IMG/VR virus record: IMGVR_UViG_3300045988_064273
Strand: one strand, 5' to 3'
DNA length: 43,770 nt
Source: a virus
In this document: positions 39,628 through 43,770 of the stretch, piece by piece
Layout of the letters: each line of letters begins with the position of its first letter
How positions within the stretch are numbered: the stretch's first letter is position 1
Translations under genes and position numbers: made by a program
Notes under the pieces: generated by a model
Told to the model about the DNA's origin: nothing
The model's input: the letters and a program-made list of their open reading frames with translations, nothing else
Database searches by the model: none

Positions 39628-40077
39628 ATGAACACAATAGACAAAATCAATTACTATTTAGCCAAGCAAGGGAAAAATGGTGCCGGTTTGTGTGCTTATT
39701 TAGGCGTGTCAAACGGTGTATACAGCCAATGGAACACCGGCAGGACTTCACCGCGAAAAAGCAAACTACCCTTAATCGCCGAGTATTTGGGCGTAACGGT
39801 TGAAGATTTGCTCCCTGATGAAAGCATAAAAAAACAGCCCTCCATCCCTAAGGATGAAGAGCTTAATAAAAACGATGCTGTGTGGGAAAAACGCGAAGAG
39901 GTATCTCGTATGCTGCCTGATCTAACCTCTCAGCAGCTCAGCGACATAATCAATTATATAGAGAACACAAACAACCCTGAATTGAATGCTCGCTATTCTG
40001 AGCTTTTAAAAATCGCTTCTATGATGAGCAGCGAGAAGTACCAAACCGTTATGGCTCTTCTGAAAGAGCTTTTATAA
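39628..40077 (+). CDS. CI-like XRE-family repressor (149 aa), no peptidase domain
   Basis: GAGLCAYLGVSNGVYSQWNTGRTSP. Divergent from the cro-like gene. Confidence 0.8.
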   Translation: MNTIDKINYYLAKQGKNGAGLCAYLGVSNGVYSQWNTGRTSPRKSKLPLIAEYLGVTVEDLLPDESIKKQPSIPKDEELNKNDAVWEKREEVSRMLPDLTSQQLSDIINYIENTNNPELNARYSELLKIASMMSSEKYQTVMALLKELL

Positions 40078-40201
40078 ATGTGTATACGTTATCGAGCTGT
40101 TCCTCGTCAAGCTGATACAGCAGCGCCATTAATTCGGCAGACCGGCTTATTGTTTCCCTCATCGCTGTTTTCTGTGCTTCCGTAAATTCTTTATCGGTCA
40201 T
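40049..40201 (-). CDS. Possible small ORF (50 aa) convergent with and overlapping the repressor 3' end
   Basis: SD GGAGGGTG 5 nt before the ATG. MTDKEFTEAQKTAMRETISRSAELMALLYQLDEEQLDNVYTFIKALSEEP. Confidence 0.3.
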   Translation of the reverse strand: MTDKEFTEAQKTAMRETISRSAELMALLYQLDEEQLDNVYTFIKALSEEP

Positions 40202-40225
40202 CGTTTCACCCTCCGTTATGTATGT

Positions 40226-40258
40226 GCCCGGCTGCTTTGGCCGGGCGCTTTCTGTTTG
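40226..40258 (+). terminator. Terminator downstream of the repressor gene
   Basis: GCCCGGC-tgctttg-GCCGGGC followed by GCTTTCTGTTTG. Confidence 0.6.
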
Positions 40259-40391
40259 TGCAATCTGCGTATTTTCTCGGTTTGCTTTCGGACATTTCGC
40301 CGAAAATGTAAAAATTTATAGAATTTGTGAATTCTCAGTGTTATTATTTATGTAGACATTGGCAAATAAAGTTACGTTTGGGGGTGTTTGC

Positions 40392-40628
40392 ATGGGTAAA
40401 AGGCTTGTGTGTTTTCTCTTGGCTTTGTGCTTGCTGTTCTCGCTGTGCGCTTGCTCGCATTCCGATGATGCAGCCGCGCCGAGCGATGATAAAACCGTTT
40501 ATGTCAGTCAAAGCGGCGGCAAAATACATCGTTACAATGATTGCAGCGGCATGAAGTATTACGACACGATGACATATGGCGAAGCAATCGACGATGGTTA
40601 CACTGTTTGCGAAAAATGCTTTGGCTGA
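40392..40628 (+). CDS. Lipoprotein (78 aa)
   Basis: Signal peptide with lipobox: MGKRLVCFLLALCLLFSLCAC. C-terminal GKIHRYNDC...VCEKC. Confidence 0.7.
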   Translation: MGKRLVCFLLALCLLFSLCACSHSDDAAAPSDDKTVYVSQSGGKIHRYNDCSGMKYYDTMTYGEAIDDGYTVCEKCFG

Positions 40629-40738
40629 TATCCGAAAAAGAGAATTATTGAAACTCAATTATCTAATATAGATAATAACGCATTTGCATATAAAATGCAA
40701 GAGAAATTATTGCTCGCTAAAATAATGGGAGAACTAAC

Positions 40739-41476
40739 ATGGAGATTCAGGCATCCGAAGGAGTTGTTTTCTTACTCAACCTTTTGCTCACGTTCTGCAT
40801 CTATACGCTTCCTTTTATAATAATTCGTTTCGTCATTCGTAAAAGGCCATACACGGCTGCACAAGCAAAGCGCATAGTCATTATCTACGGCATTGCGGTA
40901 TGGCTGATAATGACCGTTGCTATGATTGTTACAGACGGTCGCGTAGCCGGAGCCAGTGTTTTACTTTGGAGCTTTATAAACTATAAGGTTCTTGTTTCAA
41001 TCTCACGCAACGAAGTTAGGGGAGCTCCCGAGCCTGAAAACGAACATCAAGAAATCACTGTTGCTTATGACGAGTACGATTGTGAAGAGAACGAAAAACC
41101 GGAAGCGCAAGATGTCACCGCGCATAAGGTAAACCATAAAAGAAACATCCCTAAAAAAATAATACGTCCTATATTTGCTTTACTTATTGTCGCTATGTTC
41201 GCTGCTACTGCTTACTTCGCCTATTCTTACGGCTGCGATAATAGTTATGATGACGGTTACACAGTCGGGCACAAAGAAGGATACACTAAAGGCTGGGAAG
41301 TTGGCAGAGATGGAGGATACAGCGACGGCTATAAGAACGGGCATTCGGAAGGATATGTTGAGGGTTATATAACCGGGCATAATAGCGATACCGCTCGAAA
41401 ATATCAGTTTTCTGATCAGGAATTATGGAGAGCGGCATATATAGATTACATAAGAGAACATGGAGTTGTTGATTAA
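40739..41476 (+). CDS. Membrane protein (245 aa) with a C-terminal GY-x-x-G repeat region
   Basis: 4-5 TM segments. YDDGYTVGHKEGYTKGWEVGRDGGYSDGYKNGHSEGYVEGYITGH. Confidence 0.65.
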   Translation: MEIQASEGVVFLLNLLLTFCIYTLPFIIIRFVIRKRPYTAAQAKRIVIIYGIAVWLIMTVAMIVTDGRVAGASVLLWSFINYKVLVSISRNEVRGAPEPENEHQEITVAYDEYDCEENEKPEAQDVTAHKVNHKRNIPKKIIRPIFALLIVAMFAATAYFAYSYGCDNSYDDGYTVGHKEGYTKGWEVGRDGGYSDGYKNGHSEGYVEGYITGHNSDTARKYQFSDQELWRAAYIDYIREHGVVD

Positions 41477-41495
41477 GCCGCGGTATGCCTACAAA

Positions 41496-41651
41496 CTATG
41501 ACCTCAACACCCTCTGTCTATCGTCGAACAGCTTTAGCACTCGCTCTATCTGCTCGTCGCTGCACTCGGTTATGATTATGACGGTCTTGTTTCTCGCAAG
41601 CCACTTGACCCTTAGGGGTTCGGGCGTAGTTTTTTTCGTGTTGTTTCTCAT
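41496..41651 (-). CDS. Possible small ORF (51 aa) absent from the ORF track
   Basis: SD AGAGGTG 6 nt before the ATG. MRNNTKKTTPEPLRVKWLARNKTVIIITECSDEQIERVLKLFDDRQRVLRS. Confidence 0.3.
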   Translation of the reverse strand: MRNNTKKTTPEPLRVKWLARNKTVIIITECSDEQIERVLKLFDDRQRVLRS

Positions 41652-41675
41652 TGCTGCACCTCTTTAATTTAATCA

Positions 41676-41711
41676 GTCCTGCCGCCGCGCCAACAGGGCA
41701 GGACATTTTTT
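41676..41711 (+). terminator. Rho-independent terminator
   Basis: GTCCTGCC, 13-nt loop, GGCAGGAC, followed by ATTTTTT. Confidence 0.7.
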
Positions 41712-41808
41712 CACACAGCGTTTGTAAAATATTGCTTGCTGTACTTATAGCGTAGCGCCTGTCTTGACAAATGTCTATGCAGAAATAACCGAAACCTAAA
41801 AGAAACAA

Positions 41809-41891
41809 CCGAAATCGATTTCGGGAAATACACGAAATTTTCGTGTTTTCGCCGAATTCATCGTGTATTTCAATAATTTCTCGTGTATTTC
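41809..41891. promoter_or_regulatory. Operator-like repeat cluster upstream of the membrane-anchored XRE gene
   Basis: 16-bp palindrome CCGAAATCGATTTCGG and palindrome ACACGAAA-T-TTTCGTGT. TCGTGT(A)TTTC lies at 41841, 41861 and 41881 (20-bp phasing), with an inverted copy at 41825-41835. Confidence 0.55.
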
Positions 41892-41911
41892 AAAAAAATT
41901 TAATATGGGAG

Positions 41912-42490
41912 ATGCTTAATGTGTCAAAAATGGAGGACATGCAATCTTACTTTGACGAGTACCCTGAGGCACTGCGAAAAGCGAGAGCTTCAAGCAGTCT
42001 TACGCTGGCAGAGCTGGCAAGGATAAGCGGCGTTCCTTATAACAGCATTTGCTCCGTCAACTCCGGCGCTACGAAGCAGCCGCTGCTTTATTACTCTGCG
42101 GCAACCTGTAAAGCACTCGGCTTATCCTTGGACGAGCTGTTCGGTATAACAAACACAGAGGGCAGCGTTACCCAGCTAAAGCGAATAAACGCATTGGAGG
42201 TGAAAGCGGCGTGCTTGGAAAAGGACGTTGAACACCACAAGCGCATGAACGCCGTTTACAGGCCGCTGATCTTCTGCCTTGTCGGTGTATGCGCAATTCT
42301 GCTGTGCGCAATCATCGGATACGTAATGTTTGATATACAGCTTAAAAACATCGGTCTGTTCAAATCCGGCGGCTTAACGGTGCTGGCCGTGTTCCTGGCT
42401 ATCGTGGTGCTTGCTGCAATCGCCCTGATCGTCTTTGCGGTGAAAACCGTAATCCACGATGCCAAAACAGCAAAAAGCCCACAGGACTGA
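41912..42490 (+). CDS. Membrane-anchored XRE-family HTH regulator (about 190 aa, 2 TM)
   Basis: LTLAELARISGVPYNSICSVNSG HTH plus two C-terminal TM helices. Start is uncertain (ATG 41912, GTG 41921 or ATG 41930). Confidence 0.7.
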   Translation: MLNVSKMEDMQSYFDEYPEALRKARASSSLTLAELARISGVPYNSICSVNSGATKQPLLYYSAATCKALGLSLDELFGITNTEGSVTQLKRINALEVKAACLEKDVEHHKRMNAVYRPLIFCLVGVCAILLCAIIGYVMFDIQLKNIGLFKSGGLTVLAVFLAIVVLAAIALIVFAVKTVIHDAKTAKSPQD

Positions 42491-42554
42491 TTCTGTGGGC
42501 ATTATTCGCTATAAAATTATTTTCGGCGAATATCTAAGGGGGTTAAAGCGAATA

Positions 42555-43670
42555 ATGAAATGCAAAAAATGCAAAGCCGAATTGCCCGATGAGCTGCATT
42601 TTACGTTCTGCGGCTATTGCGGTGAGCGCCTTGTCCGCGAGCGCAAGAAGAAAGACGAGATAAAAATACCCACGCCGCGTAAGCGTGGGCAGAGATGGTA
42701 TGTTGACCTACGCCGCGAGGGCGTGACCGTCATTGAGGACACCGAAGCCGAAGCCAAGGCCAAGGCGATTGCTATAAGAGCCGGGTTTGTTAAGACTCAA
42801 AAGAAAACGGACTTGACACTTGCCGAAGCGATAGATAATTATATTGAAAATCGCCGGAACGTTCTGTCACCGTCAACCCTTGCCGGTTACGGCTCCGTGA
42901 AAAAGAACCGCTTTAAGGCCGTAATGGCAAAACCGCTTTCTGATATAAAGGACTGGCAAGCAGTAATTAACGCAGAAGCGCTTGTGTGCGCTCCTAAGAC
43001 GCTTAAAAATGCATGGGGGCTTGTGTCACCGGCCATAAAATCCGCCGGTGTGGAGCTGCCCAGGCTCACCCTACCGCAAATCGTGCCTAAAGACCCAGTT
43101 TTTCTTACGCCGGAGCAGATACATGTCTTTATCGCAGCTGTCAAGGGAACGCCTGTTGAGATAGCTGCACTACTCGGCTTGCATTCGCTCAGGCGCTCCG
43201 AGATCGCCGCGCTTGATTGGTCAAATGTCGATTTGGAAAAGCGCACTATAAAAGTATCCGGCGCAGTAGTCCCGGGAGAAAATTGGACACTTGTTGAAAA
43301 GCCGTCAAACAAAAACGCCACATCGACCCGAACAATACCTATTATGATACCAGAGCTTTATGAGGCTTTGACGGCTGTTAAAAGTAAGCACGGTAAGGTC
43401 GTAACATGCTACATTTCCACAGTGTATGATTGGGTCAATGATATTTGTGCTGCTAACGGTTTGCCGAAGCTTGGAGTTCACGGCTTGCGTCATTCTTTCG
43501 CTTCATTAGCCTACCATGTTCGTATGAGCGAACAGGCTGCGATGCAAATAGGCGGTTGGTCAGACTATGCGACGATGCGCAAAATTTACACGCATTTGTC
43601 TGCGCAGGATATAGGCCACGCAGAGAATGCAATGCGCGATTTTTACGACAATTTACCCAAGCAAGATTGA
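42555..43670 (+). CDS. int: Tyrosine integrase with an N-terminal zinc ribbon
   Basis: HGLRHSFASLAY and GGWSDYATMRKIYTHL catalytic motifs. N-terminal CKKC...CGYCG. SD AAGGGGG. The ORF track start is 42459. Confidence 0.93.
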   Translation: MKCKKCKAELPDELHFTFCGYCGERLVRERKKKDEIKIPTPRKRGQRWYVDLRREGVTVIEDTEAEAKAKAIAIRAGFVKTQKKTDLTLAEAIDNYIENRRNVLSPSTLAGYGSVKKNRFKAVMAKPLSDIKDWQAVINAEALVCAPKTLKNAWGLVSPAIKSAGVELPRLTLPQIVPKDPVFLTPEQIHVFIAAVKGTPVEIAALLGLHSLRRSEIAALDWSNVDLEKRTIKVSGAVVPGENWTLVEKPSNKNATSTRTIPIMIPELYEALTAVKSKHGKVVTCYISTVYDWVNDICAANGLPKLGVHGLRHSFASLAYHVRMSEQAAMQIGGWSDYATMRKIYTHLSAQDIGHAENAMRDFYDNLPKQD

Positions 43671-43672
43671 TA

Positions 43673-43694
43673 GTTTACGCCAAAATTTACGACA
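43673..43694 (+). promoter_or_regulatory. Putative integrase arm-type site (right arm)
   Basis: GTTTACGCCAAAATTTACGACA matches 188-209 at 20 of 22 positions. Lies 22 bp from the att core. Confidence 0.45.
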
Positions 43695-43715
43695 GCGCCG
43701 CAAAAACATAGTATT

Positions 43716-43770
43716 ATCAACGCCTTTTTGTTCTGCCGCAAAGGTTCGAATCCCTTACGGCGTGCCAAAA
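43716..43770. repeat. attR core: right copy of the 55-bp direct repeat (displaced tRNA 3' fragment)
   Basis: Identical to nt 1-55. The upstream sequence is phage DNA and does not complete a tRNA. Confidence 0.9.

Larger units (their letters stand above)
1..43770. mobile_element. Complete integrated temperate phage (prophage), attL to attR
   Basis: Perfect 55-bp direct repeats at both ends, an integrase next to the right repeat, and full lysogeny, early, packaging, head, tail and lysis modules in between. Confidence 0.9.

Noticed and set aside
39528-39803. 91-aa + ORF overlapping the switch region and the repressor start
   Set aside because: It is out of frame with the well-supported XRE repressor (39628-40077) and begins inside the operator and promoter repeats. 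It has no SD.
41518-41808. 96-aa - strand ORF from the track
   Set aside because: It crosses the + strand terminator hairpin, has no SD, and has a Cys/Arg-rich odd composition. A shorter 51-aa ORF in another frame (41496-41651) with a good SD is listed instead, at low confidence.
43677-43767. Possible complete 91-nt class II tRNA at the right end, using upstream ACGCCAA as the acceptor 5' strand
   Set aside because: Only 5 of 7 acceptor pairs form, and no D arm or anticodon arm can be drawn from the phage sequence upstream. The right copy is best read as a displaced 3' fragment.
1-43770. CRISPR array, diversity-generating retroelement, retron, transposase/IS, or known toxin-antitoxin pair
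   Set aside because: There are no regularly spaced identical repeats with unique spacers. I saw no reverse-transcriptase motif (YxDD) in any ORF, no DDE or serine-recombinase ORF, and no template/variable repeat pair.

Overview
The whole 43,770-nt window is one integrated temperate phage, cut exactly at its attachment sites. nt 1-55 and 43716-43770 are a perfect 55-bp direct repeat carrying the 3' end of a tRNA-like gene (GGTTCGAATCC T-loop, acceptor 3' strand, discriminator G, CCA).

Layout from right to left:
- Right end, + strand: tyrosine integrase (42555-43670) and a lysogeny block. The block holds a membrane-anchored XRE regulator, a GY-repeat membrane protein, a lipoprotein and a CI-like repressor (39628-40077).
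- 39341-39627: a repeat-rich genetic switch with two apparently face-to-face promoters.
- 39340 down to 28317, - strand: a cro-like gene, then three alternately oriented small membrane-protein genes. Next comes a recombination/replication module: Gp157-like, Rad52-like annealase, NinB-like, SSB and a replisome-organiser-like gene with internal iterons. After that come a SleB-like hydrolase, a Dcm-like methyltransferase and about 14 consecutive tiny Cys-rich (zinc-ribbon) proteins, including a Lar-like anti-restriction candidate.
- 27348-28318, + strand: an inverted three-gene cassette with its own consensus promoter and terminator.
- 27228 down to 3205, - strand: the late region. It runs TerS, TerL, portal, a Prp-like cysteine protease, a terminator plus an anticodon-less tRNA-like element, scaffold, major capsid, adaptor, tail and fibre proteins, a 2612-aa giant multidomain protein, an Ala-rich fibre, a chimeric low-GC receptor-binding candidate, a CHAP endolysin and holins.
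- 216-3092, - strand: a terminator-insulated eight-gene post-lysis accessory operon of unknown function.

No tail tube, sheath or tape-measure gene is recognisable, so the virion module looks podovirus-like. I saw no CRISPR array, rRNA, transposase or reverse transcriptase.

All functional calls come from motif recognition by eye, gene order, Shine-Dalgarno (SD) checks and hand-folded hairpins. No database search or software was run. Several start codons were moved inward from the ORF track where an SD or stop/start overlap supported it, and six sub-60-aa ORFs absent from the track were added.
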